Part shown: positions 1-8,571 of the stretch, in pieces
Layout: every line of letters starts with the position of its first letter
How positions within the stretch are numbered: position 1 is the stretch's first letter
Sequence record: PX423614.1
Source of the DNA: a phage
Length of the DNA stretch: 64,000 bases
Reading direction: 5' to 3' (one strand)
Translations under genes and position numbers: made by a program
The notes under the pieces: generated by a model
Told to the model about the DNA's origin: nothing
Seen by the model: the letters and a program-made list of their open reading frames with translations, nothing else
Databases searched by the model: none

Positions 1-186
1 AGCCTCTGTTAAGGGGCTATAATAGTGACTATGATCAGGCTAATGATAACCTATGATAACTACTAGTAACACTATGCAACTATACCATTGATGACCATCC
101 CCCATAGTTTGAATGTAATAACTTATGTGATTATTCATGAGTGGATTATTGATGTATGTATCATTAGACTGGTAGTTGTTTACTTT

Positions 187-261
187 AGTTATTATTTTTA
201 TTCTTTCTTTTAATCTTTTTCTTTTATTCTTTTCTTTTTCAGCGTTTCTTTTTTCTTTTGA
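187..261. repeat. T/C-rich polypyrimidine tract near the window's left end
   Basis: ~75 nt composed almost entirely of T and C on the + strand; no ORF. Confidence 0.5.
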
Positions 262-330
262 TGAGTAGATTTTTGACTGGTAATTTACTACCGCATGGTC
301 TGACCTGTTACCTGTAACTAACTTACATTA

Positions 331-430
331 TATCCTACCCGTTTCCCCTTCCTCGTTAGGCTTCTTACCCATTGGCTAACCTATGCGGCACGTCTTACCC
401 ATCTATCTATCCCGTTGGTCTACTACCCGT
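331..430. repeat. iteron-like direct repeats YTACCC(A/G)T at ~30-bp spacing
   Basis: CTACCC/TTACCC copies ending at 340, 370, 400 and 428. Confidence 0.5.
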
Positions 431-547
431 TCTATAAGTGTTATAAAATTGTAAACTGTATCTCTGAATAAGAAAGTTTAGTAAATTAAATTCCTTTTAT
501 ATTCAGTGAGTTAGGATTATAAATCTAAATAGTTTGAAAATAAGTGG

Positions 548-575
548 TTGACATGTTTTTCCTTTAATGTATAGT
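548..575 (+). promoter_or_regulatory. sigma70-like early promoter
   Basis: TTGACA (548-553), 16-bp spacer, TATAGT (570-575) with TG immediately upstream; ~135 bp before the first gene. Confidence 0.5.
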
Positions 576-709
576 TGCAATCGTAGTTTGAATTATCGTT
601 AATGAAGCAGTGATGTAAAGTAGTTAGCGGTGATAGTGAGTAGTGAAGGTTGATCAGCCTAAGTAACTACACACAACAAACAATCTTTCATCTATCAGGA
701 GTAGTAATA

Positions 710-1210
710 ATGGCTATCAAAGCAATGCAGGCTATCAATCTAGCGTCTTATGCACTGGTTGCAGCTATCGGTGTTAGTGTTATCGCTACCAATGTTCAGG
801 CTAAAGATGATAAAGCGTTATCCGCTCCTACAGGTCTGCAATCCTTTGTTAGCACGTTTAAGAATGCTCCTGATATGGTCTGCCGTGACGTTGGTAGTGA
901 TGGTAATGATGCCTTCTGGAAGGTGCATTTTAACTCTGTAACCGTAAAAGATGTGCGTGTCACTCTTACCCCGTTGGACGAGAAATCTGGCACTCAATCA
1001 GTTATTAAATTGAAACGTGCTGATAGTGATCGTGATATGGTGACGTATTCTCTGTATCAGAAGATTGAGAAAGAGAAATTACAGTTTGTAACTAATCTCG
1101 TTAGTTATGGTGATGTAAGTGAAACCGTACTCGCTACTACTGCTTATCATGACGGTGTAGCAGTTTATACAACCTTTATTAACTTTGCTAATTGTGAGGC
1201 TATTCAATGA
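710..1210 (+). CDS. secreted/periplasmic early protein
   Basis: AGGAG RBS 8 nt before ATG 710; hydrophobic N-terminal signal-peptide-like segment ending VQA; ORF track frame. Confidence 0.55.
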   Translation: MAIKAMQAINLASYALVAAIGVSVIATNVQAKDDKALSAPTGLQSFVSTFKNAPDMVCRDVGSDGNDAFWKVHFNSVTVKDVRVTLTPLDEKSGTQSVIKLKRADSDRDMVTYSLYQKIEKEKLQFVTNLVSYGDVSETVLATTAYHDGVAVYTTFINFANCEAIQ

Positions 1211-1455
1211 ACGAATCATTTGCAACCGTGATAAACGCCTACATGTGCATCCAGCATGGTGATTTGGTTATCAGTGGCAAGTATGGGCTTGTATTGATTC
1301 CTATCCGTGCATTAGTAACCTTGTCTTCATTACGTGCACGCATGACCATTGCTCAGTTGTCCGGCCTTGACCCGATGGATGCTAGCGAGTATCGTGATTT
1401 GCTGGTTAAGTCTGGTTTATCGCTGGAAGAACTGTTAACCGTCGAGGATAATTAA
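1207..1455 (+). CDS. hypothetical early protein
   Basis: ORF with ATGA start/stop overlap to upstream gene. Confidence 0.5.
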   Translation: MNESFATVINAYMCIQHGDLVISGKYGLVLIPIRALVTLSSLRARMTIAQLSGLDPMDASEYRDLLVKSGLSLEELLTVEDN

Positions 1456-1457
1456 CG

Positions 1458-1730
1458 ATGGAAACTATTGCCATTATTGAAACACATAATTACGGTGTAG
1501 GCGTTACGCTGAATTATGACGCTATGGCTGACGTTGGTAATTTGTTATTGATCACCCCTAGCGATATGAAAATTATTGCCTTCACTGGTATTATGCTTAT
1601 TGGTGCGGATTATCTTGAGCTAGCCCAGTTCTTTGCCCGTAATGGCCTACTATTGGACATTGACGAGGTGCAAGCCATTTGTGAAACCTTTGATAACCAT
1701 CTAGATAAGGTAGTAAGTGGTGACTCATAA
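1458..1730 (+). CDS. hypothetical early protein
   Basis: ORF tightly packed after previous gene. Confidence 0.5.
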   Translation: METIAIIETHNYGVGVTLNYDAMADVGNLLLITPSDMKIIAFTGIMLIGADYLELAQFFARNGLLLDIDEVQAICETFDNHLDKVVSGDS

Positions 1731-1821
1731 GTATTTCTTGCATTGCCTGATTGCTTTCTGTATCATGTTATTTATCTATGACATGTTTTTCTTTGTTGCA
1801 CATTCTTCTTGAGGTTGAATC

Positions 1822-2148
1822 ATGAAAACTAAGTTAGCTGTATGTGCTGCCTTGTTCGCTATTTCTTCCGTGTCCTATGCTGCCGTATTCAATGAGTCTA
1901 GCCTTGATGGTCTGCAATGCACCTATCTAATGGAAAACTATGACACTGGCAAGAAGTCCAGCAAGGTAGTATTGATTGACCTGAATGACTATGATCATCG
2001 TGTCGTTGATGGCAAGTATGCGATGCTTGTTAATGAAACTACAGGCAAACAAATCACCATAGATCACATGATGCGGTCTAGTATGACGTTGTTCGACGAG
2101 TCGATGAACGAAATAGCATCAGGTAATGGCACTTGCACCAATCCGTAA
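1822..2148 (+). CDS. secreted early protein
   Basis: N-terminal signal peptide MKTKLAVCAALFAISSVSYA; RBS-like GAGG upstream. Confidence 0.55.
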   Translation: MKTKLAVCAALFAISSVSYAAVFNESSLDGLQCTYLMENYDTGKKSSKVVLIDLNDYDHRVVDGKYAMLVNETTGKQITIDHMMRSSMTLFDESMNEIASGNGTCTNP

Positions 2149-2167
2149 CTAATCCGTAAGACTTCCT

Positions 2168-2193
2168 AAGCGCCCTTTTGAGGCGCTTTTTTC
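2168..2193 (+). terminator. rho-independent terminator
   Basis: hairpin AAGCGCC...GGCGCTT followed by T-run. Confidence 0.6.
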
Positions 2194-2354
2194 ATTTCTA
2201 AGGTGATTGCACATCTTGCCCCTGTTTAGCTCGTTAGAACGCCTCCTGTATGCCTTATTTTCGATTATAGGGCTTGTTTTCTTCCTCCCCTGATGTTATT
2301 CGTGTGCGCGTTCCTCTGTACACAAAAGAAAGTGAAATTATTTTAGAAAAAGGC

Positions 2355-2382
2355 TTGCAACGGTTTTATAATAGTGTATATT
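2355..2382 (+). promoter_or_regulatory. sigma70-like early promoter
   Basis: TTGCAA (2355-2360), 16-bp spacer, TG + TATATT (2377-2382). Confidence 0.45.
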
Positions 2383-2422
2383 GAATCTTGTCAGGACGTG
2401 ATGCATTAAGTTACCTCCTGAT

Positions 2423-2455
2423 AGGCTAGATGTTTAGCCTTGCTCTTTAATAATT
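2423..2455 (+). promoter_or_regulatory. rrn-type antiterminator element (boxB-like hairpin + boxA-like TGCTCTTTAATAATT)
   Basis: hairpin AGGCTA...TAGCCT immediately followed by TGCTCTTTAATAATT, near-identical to the E. coli rrn boxA TGCTCTTTAACAATTTA. Confidence 0.5.
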
Positions 2456-2507
2456 CGATTAGTGTATCTTGATAAACTCCCAACCATGCCATAATGAGGA
2501 TTTATCA

Positions 2508-2708
2508 ATGAACGTGTATACCTTCTCAAGCAAAGACACGCAAATCACTTGCACTAGCATTAACGTTACTAACATGATTATGAGAATAGTCGGTAGTACG
2601 CTACAGCAAGCTAAAGAGATGATAGCCGATGCCGATAAAGGCAAATCTATCGCAGTGTTATCGCTGGTAAGTACGGATAAAGATTTAACCTTTAAGCGTA
2701 TGAACTAA
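2508..2708 (+). CDS. hypothetical small early protein (66 aa)
   Basis: GAGGA RBS before ATG 2508; in-frame within track ORF 2469-2708. Confidence 0.5.
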   Translation: MNVYTFSSKDTQITCTSINVTNMIMRIVGSTLQQAKEMIADADKGKSIAVLSLVSTDKDLTFKRMN

Positions 2709-2780
2709 GGTAAGGTAAGGTAAGGTTAGCGGCCTTAATGGTCGCTAGTTTATCAAGATGCATTAATCGAAAAATAGTTG

Positions 2781-2808
2781 TTGACACATCGAATCACTAT
2801 GATAAGAT
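2781..2808 (+). promoter_or_regulatory. sigma70-like early promoter with AT-rich upstream element
   Basis: TTGACA (2781-2786), 16-bp spacer, TGa + TAAGAT (2803-2808). Confidence 0.55.
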
Positions 2809-2840
2809 GTTCACACGGTCAGCGATGACATAAAACATCC

Positions 2841-2874
2841 GGCACTAAGTGCCCCGCTCTTTAATAATTTATCA
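2841..2874 (+). promoter_or_regulatory. rrn-type antiterminator element (hairpin + boxA-like CGCTCTTTAATAATTTATCA)
   Basis: hairpin GGCAC-taa-GTGCC then CGCTCTTTAATAATTTATCA; 18/20 identical to the rrn boxA region GCTCTTTAACAATTTATCA. Confidence 0.55.
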
Positions 2875-2939
2875 TCTTGCCCTTTCGCAAAGATTCACGC
2901 GAGATAAGGGAAAGAATTAAAAGAAGATGATAAAAAGAG

Positions 2940-2967
2940 TTGACAAGCTAACACGATGTGTTAAGCT
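2940..2967 (+). promoter_or_regulatory. sigma70-like early promoter with A-rich UP-like element
   Basis: TTGACA (2940-2945), 16-bp spacer, TGt + TAAGCT (2962-2967); A-rich tract upstream. Confidence 0.55.
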
Positions 2968-2981
2968 GAAAGTGTAGTAAC

Positions 2982-2997
2982 CGCTCTTTAAAAATAT
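2982..2997 (+). promoter_or_regulatory. boxA-like element CGCTCTTTAAAAATAT
   Basis: third copy of the CGCTCTTTAA core about 10 nt downstream of the predicted start site. Confidence 0.45.
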
Positions 2998-3097
2998 GAA
3001 TCAGAAAGTTAAGCGCAACCGCTTACAATCTTGTTAATCCAATACGCGATTAACTGGTCATTCGAAAGAATAGACGAGAAAAAGATTTAAAAAGTGG

Positions 3098-3126
3098 TTG
3101 ACACGCTAAACAGGATGATTCATAAT
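3098..3126 (+). promoter_or_regulatory. strong sigma70 consensus-like early promoter
   Basis: TTGACA (3098-3103), 17-bp spacer, CATAAT (3121-3126); A/T-rich upstream. Confidence 0.6.
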
Positions 3127-3207
3127 GAGCACTCACTAGGCAACTAGTGAAACGTGAAACCACGGCGAACGGTGGCGGGAAGTGAGAAAGCACTTCGATA
3201 GATTTAC

Positions 3208-3227
3208 CGCTCTTTAACAATTTAAAC
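3208..3227 (+). promoter_or_regulatory. rrn-type boxA-like element CGCTCTTTAACAATTTAAAC
   Basis: matches the rrn boxA core GCTCTTTAACAATTT exactly; preceded by hairpin CCACGGCGAACGGTGG. Confidence 0.55.
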
Positions 3228-3229
3228 TT

Positions 3230-4039
3230 CTTCCTATATCGGTTGAACATGGTGAGCAATAATAACCATTGCAAGCTATGCCAGATAAAACGATGTAAGG
3301 CGCTCTAGAGTATCAGAGGAAACCGCTTTACAATCCCTTACTGGAAACGACACCACTGATAAATGAAGTTATTGAGTACATGCAAGGCTTAAGCTAATCG
3401 CCTACGGTTAAAGGGTAGCGGCGGCGGTGCTAGTAAAGTGCTACAATAATAGACGTTTATCGGGGTAGTTAAGTCCGACGAATTAACGCTCAATAGCGAG
3501 CGGCGGGAGGGGGTTAAAGAATGGCAAATTGCTATTTAACAATAAGGTTTAAGCGTGAGTATTTACTAAGTGAGTGTTTTGATACACATCAATAGCGATG
3601 TGAGTACATAAACATGTAGTGTAGTAAATCGTGAGAGAGATAATCAAACGCCAAAGTATCAGGCGGTCAATGACTCTTTACCATATGCTTTCCCATAGTA
3701 GGCGATAAGCAGGTTTAGAGAGTTGATATAAAAGGGTATCACGAAGCGAAAGCAAAGTAAATAGTAATGCCATCGGCTAGAAATTTAGCTAATTAGAGAT
3801 GGACGCGCTTGCCTTATTGTGATGATTGATCATCGCTGGCAAATCGGCTTTGTTTATAGCGATTAGTTAAATCCACCAGATGAAACATCACGGCAAGTTA
3901 GGCGGCAAGGTTAACTCCTGATAAGACCGCCTGATTTACCACTGGTTACTAGTAGTTAGTGATTAGTGTTAAGTCATTGTGACTTGAATAGCTCATAGAG
4001 AGCGGCGCATAGTGCGTTTACAATTGAAAGGTGAATATC
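3230..4039 (+). other. ~800-nt untranslated leader / candidate non-coding RNA region downstream of tandem promoter-boxA modules
   Basis: no ORF of 60 aa or more on either strand in the track; recurring motif GC(G/T)TTTACAAT at about 3019, 3339 and 4011; GCGGCGG-rich segments. Confidence 0.35.
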
Positions 4040-4942
4040 ATGGCTAAAGTTTTTAATCTGGTTAACGAATCCGGCTTTAATGCACTGGCAAACAACATTC
4101 GTAGTAACAACGCGGCAATCAAACAAGATGTTTCTAACTTCTTGTTAGGCCATTTGCAGCACTTCCGCACTAACGGTAAGAAACTGGATGTATTGCAGTC
4201 GGCGGTTGATTTTCTGTTAACTGAACGTTACCGTGATTTAGATGTAATTTCGGTTGCAATCTCTTTCCTTACTCCTATCAAATATAACACTGACGGGGCG
4301 AACGGTAAGAAGAAATGGATTAATCTGGAAGGTGAAGCGAAAGCTAAAGAAGATGCTAAACCGGAACAGGTTAAATCTAAAATGGAACAAAACCGCGCCC
4401 GCTGGTCGAACTCCTTTGAACGCTTTGCTAAAGGTGAAGACGTGCAGGTTGATAACCCAGCATTCTACAAAGGTTGTAATGACAACGTTCCGGTAGCAAA
4501 TCAAATCAACCAGAAGGTTAACGAAAACTTTAATCAGGATATTTATGCACTGGTTGACCGTCTGGCTGCAATCCGTATTGAAGCGGCACTACTGGCAGAT
4601 GAACGCAATGGCGCATCTTCTGACAATACCATCGCGTTGAGTGAAGAGGTTGGCAAAGTTAAGAAAACTTTTGATTCACTCCTTAAGAAAGTAACCGCGT
4701 CAACCGTATCAATCAGCGATGACTACCTGATCAATGCGTCAATGAAAGAGCTTGAGTCGCTGGACTCTTACGCTGATGAAATGGAAAAGGCGATCAACGA
4801 AATGACTGAGAAATTATCTAACCTTCGCGGTCGTATCTCAAACGCCTCAACTGTTAAAGCTAACGAGAAAGCTGCGCAGGAAGAGGAAGAAGTATTGCGC
4901 AAGGCCGCTGAGATTATGGCAGCGCGTCAACTGGCAGCATAA
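4040..4942 (+). CDS. abundant early protein of unknown function (300 aa)
   Basis: AAAGGTG RBS before ATG 4040; long ORF; followed by strong terminator. Confidence 0.6.
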   Translation: MAKVFNLVNESGFNALANNIRSNNAAIKQDVSNFLLGHLQHFRTNGKKLDVLQSAVDFLLTERYRDLDVISVAISFLTPIKYNTDGANGKKKWINLEGEAKAKEDAKPEQVKSKMEQNRARWSNSFERFAKGEDVQVDNPAFYKGCNDNVPVANQINQKVNENFNQDIYALVDRLAAIRIEAALLADERNGASSDNTIALSEEVGKVKKTFDSLLKKVTASTVSISDDYLINASMKELESLDSYADEMEKAINEMTEKLSNLRGRISNASTVKANEKAAQEEEEVLRKAAEIMAARQLAA

Positions 4943-4961
4943 CCAACAATAAAACACATGA

Positions 4962-4994
4962 GGCGCTATTCGAAAGGGTAGCGCCTTTTTCTTT
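4962..4994 (+). terminator. rho-independent terminator
   Basis: hairpin GGCGCTA...TAGCGCC followed by TTTTTCTTTT. Confidence 0.65.
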
Positions 4995-5049
4995 TACTAG
5001 TGCATTGATTCAGTGTGCTAATCAAAGAAACTAAAAAGAGATAAACACC

Positions 5050-5274
5050 ATGCCAAAACTGAAAACAGAAGTTAAGATGTATCGTAACATTCTCAACAAC
5101 ATGACCTATCGTAAAACCGATAAATACGGAATCGAATGCAAATGCATTCTTACTGGCGAGTGGTATCCGTCGCCGATTCAAGAACAAGCATTGATTGAAA
5201 ACTCTGTTACTTACACTATCACGCAGGAAACTAAGCTAGGCCGATTCCTTCGTAAGCTGGGGTTACGCAAATGA
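5050..5274 (+). CDS. hypothetical early protein
   Basis: ORF track; AAGAG upstream. Confidence 0.45.
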   Translation: MPKLKTEVKMYRNILNNMTYRKTDKYGIECKCILTGEWYPSPIQEQALIENSVTYTITQETKLGRFLRKLGLRK

Positions 5275-5492
5275 TCTTAACTCAATCCCATTTGTGCCCT
5301 ATCTGTAAGAAAGCACGTGCTAATAACAACCATCGCAAATGTAGCAGAATACTACAGCGTCGTCGTAATGATGCCGAGATGGATAAGATTAAAAAGAATC
5401 AGCATGAGCACGAAAGAAAACAAGCGGCGATTAGTGCATCAACTGTTATGTATCGTCGTGTAAGATCACTCCAATATAAAGGGGCTATTTAA
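5271..5492 (+). CDS. hypothetical basic protein with CxxC motif
   Basis: ORF with 4-nt overlap to neighbour; CPIC motif. Confidence 0.45.
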   Translation: MILTQSHLCPICKKARANNNHRKCSRILQRRRNDAEMDKIKKNQHEHERKQAAISASTVMYRRVRSLQYKGAI

Positions 5493-5701
5493 TGACCAGC
5501 TTAAGCACGTTAGAGAAGAAAGCTACTCGTTTGTTAGGACGTCGTGTCCGCTATCACTACCTGAATAAAGGTAAGGCATTAACCGGACGTATTACCACGG
5601 TATCTAGTTGTCGTGGTAAACTGATCTCTGTAAGTGTTCTCTTTGATGGCGAAAAGGTAGCAATTACACGTAGTTGGAAGTCATTTAGTTTAATTGATTA
5701 A
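5492..5701 (+). CDS. hypothetical protein
   Basis: ORF track; start overlaps upstream stop. Confidence 0.45.
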   Translation: MTSLSTLEKKATRLLGRRVRYHYLNKGKALTGRITTVSSCRGKLISVSVLFDGEKVAITRSWKSFSLID

Positions 5702-5771
5702 GTTATTTGGTTAAGCCTTGCTGTGTGGTAAGGCTTGCACGATATAATTTATCAGCGAAAGGAATAAAGAA

Positions 5772-6215
5772 ATGGCTAAATCTAAAATCAGCATGAAAGG
5801 CGGACGAGTGTTCTCTATGAGTGAGCTGGAAAAAGAAAAGCCAGCCGCTGTTAACCATATTAGCAAACGTAGCCTTAAACGAAGAGCTATCAAACAAGCC
5901 GCTCAAGAACATAAGCCTTCTACCGTAGCGAAGGTGTTAGGTCGTCGTGTTCATCGTGCTGATGCGCTTCTTCTTGCTGATCACAAGCGTTCTCTGTTAA
6001 CCAACGGTGCAGCAAAAACAGAACAAGAAAAACGTTTAGAAATCTTTTGTAACGGTCGCACTAAAGGTAAGCAGAAGAATAAAGGTAGCACTAAGCCACC
6101 GAAAGCATTTCCTACTACTAGCCAATGTGCACCAGATGTTTTCTACGCTGATAGTAAACATAAGTGGGGAGTTGAAAAATATATTGACCCAATCAAAACA
6201 GCAAGAGTTAAGTAA
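5772..6215 (+). CDS. hypothetical highly basic protein
   Basis: GGAATAAAGAA RBS region; Lys/Arg-rich ORF. Confidence 0.5.
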   Translation: MAKSKISMKGGRVFSMSELEKEKPAAVNHISKRSLKRRAIKQAAQEHKPSTVAKVLGRRVHRADALLLADHKRSLLTNGAAKTEQEKRLEIFCNGRTKGKQKNKGSTKPPKAFPTTSQCAPDVFYADSKHKWGVEKYIDPIKTARVK

Positions 6216-6245
6216 GCCCCTTCTGTACCAGTAGTCAACTACTAT

Positions 6246-6293
6246 GACGCTCTTCTTGAGCGTCTTTGTCTGCCGCCTTTGTGCGGCTTTTTG
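6246..6293 (+). terminator. tandem terminator hairpins
   Basis: GACGCTC...GAGCGTC then GCCGCC...GCGGC followed by TTTTTG. Confidence 0.5.
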
Positions 6294-6452
6294 CGTAGCT
6301 AGTGATGCCTAAAGGGAACCCCCTTTGTGAATCATTGGCATGGTTCAATCCCTATTGGATGGTCATTTGACCGGGCCTTTAACGAGGCCTCTTTTTTAAG
6401 AGTCTTTACGAGGATTCTTAAATGAGTGAGGTCATGTTCACTCTTTCAGGTC

Positions 6453-6479
6453 GCCCCGTCTTCGGATGGGGCTTTTTTA
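6453..6479 (+). terminator. rho-independent terminator
   Basis: GCCCCgtcttcggatGGGGC followed by TTTTTT. Confidence 0.65.
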
Positions 6480-6530
6480 TGCCCGTAAAACAGGGGGTAG
6501 TAAGTTCTGATAACGACAGCCCAGCTACTT

Positions 6531-6917
6531 TTGACATTGACTATTTATTATGAGGCAGGGAATCAGCCAACCGCTTGCAAAGCATTAGTAGCGGATACCG
6601 TAATAAACAGAATGTCACAACGAAAACTGACTGCCGAGCAGGTTATAAATCAACGAAACCAGTTCGAGTGGATACCCGTCCTATTAAAGAAGGAGAAACC
6701 TTTTAAGCGTTATGTAAAGCTGATTCGTGATGATAATCCTCTGACGAAGAAGTCAATCAGAGAGAGCGAGTGGCTTGCAAGGCGTGCACTGAAGAAAGGT
6801 TATGTGCCTTTGTACAGCGGTACATACTTTCAGAGTAAGAGCGAAGGGGTGCCAAAGTGGTATACCAATCCGATGTATTGTGGTGATTTAGTGTTCAATA
6901 ATAGCTCCCGCGATTGA
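6531..6917 (+). CDS. CwlJ/SleB-like cell-wall hydrolase domain protein
   Basis: motifs IYYEAGNQ, VINRM, NQFEWI, WLARRALKKG and YF...WY resemble the CwlJ/SleB hydrolase family; only in-frame start is TTG 6531. Confidence 0.45.
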   Translation: MTLTIYYEAGNQPTACKALVADTVINRMSQRKLTAEQVINQRNQFEWIPVLLKKEKPFKRYVKLIRDDNPLTKKSIRESEWLARRALKKGYVPLYSGTYFQSKSEGVPKWYTNPMYCGDLVFNNSSRD

Positions 6918-7118
6918 TTCATAGGTGCCAAGATTGACAAACTAAATTTCCTTATAAATCACACACTTATGATTTTCTCTGTAAAAAGTGGAAGTGATTT
7001 GGGACCAGAGGTAATGACTGTATATAGACCTCTGAAAATTATTGATAGAAATTAAGTTTAGAAATAATAAATTCTAAATAATATTTCTTATAATATCTTA
7101 CTTTAAGAGGATAAAGAT

Positions 7119-7424
7119 ATGACTTTAGAGGTTTATAAATTCCTTCTCGTACTCACTGTAACGATCTCTACTCTGGGATTTATTGCTTTAAGTAATAAGT
7201 CAGCAAGCTGGAAGCGTCGTTATGAGTTCCTTCTTAAGCAAGAGGAAGTCTTTAATGCTGATGTTCGTTCCAAACTGTTCAAAATGCAGGAGCAAATTGA
7301 AGCACGTAACGATCGTTTGGCTTCTTTGGGTTGGGAGATTAAGCGTATTCAAGATCTCAATAAGCAACTCACTGAAGAAATTAAACGCCAGAATGAGGAA
7401 ACAGAGGATGCGCTCAAAGGTTAA
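7119..7424 (+). CDS. membrane-anchored coiled-coil protein
   Basis: N-terminal hydrophobic helix then charged coiled-coil-like sequence; RBS AAGAGG. Confidence 0.5.
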   Translation: MTLEVYKFLLVLTVTISTLGFIALSNKSASWKRRYEFLLKQEEVFNADVRSKLFKMQEQIEARNDRLASLGWEIKRIQDLNKQLTEEIKRQNEETEDALKG

Positions 7425-7584
7425 GTTTACCACTGGTAACACTGTCCGCCTTGTTGGCGGTACTCAAACAGGTGTTATTCGTCGGAGAACAACGATTGAT
7501 GGTGTTCTCTGTTATCTTGTTCAGTGGAATGGTGAGTCTTCTCCTTCCTTCGAACGTCGTACTGATTTGGTGCTAGTCAAATGA
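7408..7584 (+). CDS. small protein (58 aa)
   Basis: ATG 7408 in frame of track ORF 7222-7584; GAGGA RBS; overlaps previous gene end. Confidence 0.4.
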   Translation: MRSKVKFTTGNTVRLVGGTQTGVIRRRTTIDGVLCYLVQWNGESSPSFERRTDLVLVK

Positions 7585-7814
7585 AGATGAACTTCGAAAT
7601 CATCCCAAAGGTTAAAGAAAAGCAGCTAATCTTCAGTGATCTCTCTAACGGGGATATTTTTAAATTTAAGAATGTTGATGCTGATACTTATCTTTGGATG
7701 AAAATTGACAAACGGTCTGCCATGAAGTTAAGTGACACTTCTGACATCACTGATGTATTTATCCATTCTGAAGTCTCTAAGTACAAATACAAAATTATCA
7801 TTGAGGGTAAGTGA
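7581..7814 (+). CDS. small early protein, member of GDxF paralog family
   Basis: shares a conserved L..G[DE].F motif (here LSNGDIF) with six other ORFs in 7.8-13.1 kb. Confidence 0.5.
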   Translation: MKMNFEIIPKVKEKQLIFSDLSNGDIFKFKNVDADTYLWMKIDKRSAMKLSDTSDITDVFIHSEVSKYKYKIIIEGK

Positions 7815-8044
7815 TGAAAATTAATCTCTTCTCTGTAGTTGTTACTAAAAAGCTCAGTGAGTTACGTCCGGGTGATGTATTCCGTTTACCGACTAACTCT
7901 GAAAATGTCTACCTAAAGACAGACACTAGCCTTAACGATATGCATCGTGTGGTTGGTCTTAGTCAGGGGACACTGTTCCAATTACAGGAAGACCATGAAG
8001 TTATCCCTGTACCTGATGTTCAAGTAACTCATATTGGTGGTTAA
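7811..8044 (+). CDS. small early protein, GDxF paralog family
   Basis: LRPGDVFRL...VIPVP motif pattern shared with paralogs. Confidence 0.55.
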   Translation: MMKINLFSVVVTKKLSELRPGDVFRLPTNSENVYLKTDTSLNDMHRVVGLSQGTLFQLQEDHEVIPVPDVQVTHIGG

Positions 8045-8269
8045 ATGAAGATTGATATTGATAATACCCCAGCGGTTGTAACTCTCGGTGATCTGAATTC
8101 GGGTGAAGTCTTCCAGTTTAACTACAACGAAACTCAATATTACATGCGTACTGCCTGTTATGGGGAAAACAAAAACTACTTTGTTAACCTCTCCACAGGT
8201 AAACGTGACTCTGAGTGTAAATCAACAGTGGTGCAGCGTGTACCTAATGTTCGACTGACCAATAAGTAA
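8045..8269 (+). CDS. small early protein, GDxF paralog family
   Basis: LNSGEVFQF pattern. Confidence 0.5.
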   Translation: MKIDIDNTPAVVTLGDLNSGEVFQFNYNETQYYMRTACYGENKNYFVNLSTGKRDSECKSTVVQRVPNVRLTNK

Positions 8270-8278
8270 CATCGACTT

Positions 8279-8306
8279 ATAGCCCTTGTGTTTATCAGAG
8301 GGCTAT
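8279..8306 (+). repeat. conserved hairpin ATAGCCCT...AGGGCTAT (copy 1 of a duplicated intergenic module)
   Basis: 8-bp stem; same hairpin at 13084-13111; both followed ~80 nt later by AACATCCG..GATAG. Confidence 0.5.
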
Positions 8307-8571
8307 GTGAGGATGTTCCTCAATTAACTATACTCTCAACGCCATATGGCTCACCGCTAGGGCGAGACTTGTCTCAAACATCCGGTGATAGACTAAAACC
8401 TGTTAATTTTCGAACAGCTTTCCGATATGTAGGGGTATGTATCGGTTTGGGATAGAGAACAATCTAGGGGTAGAGAGTTCTCGACAGTTAGTACAAGCGG
8501 AAGCCTTAACGTGTAGGGCTTCCCTTTATATTAACTGGCAAACCTGCCTCCACCAACAAAGAGAGAACGAT

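Noticed and set aside
2355-2372. TTGCAA plus TATAAT (2367-2372) as a promoter
   Set aside because: Spacer would be only 6 bp; the TATATT at 2377-2382 gives a proper 16-bp spacer instead.
2355-3230. rRNA operon fragment (because of the rrn-like boxA sequences)
   Set aside because: No 16S or 23S-like sequence follows; only the leader-type regulatory elements are present.
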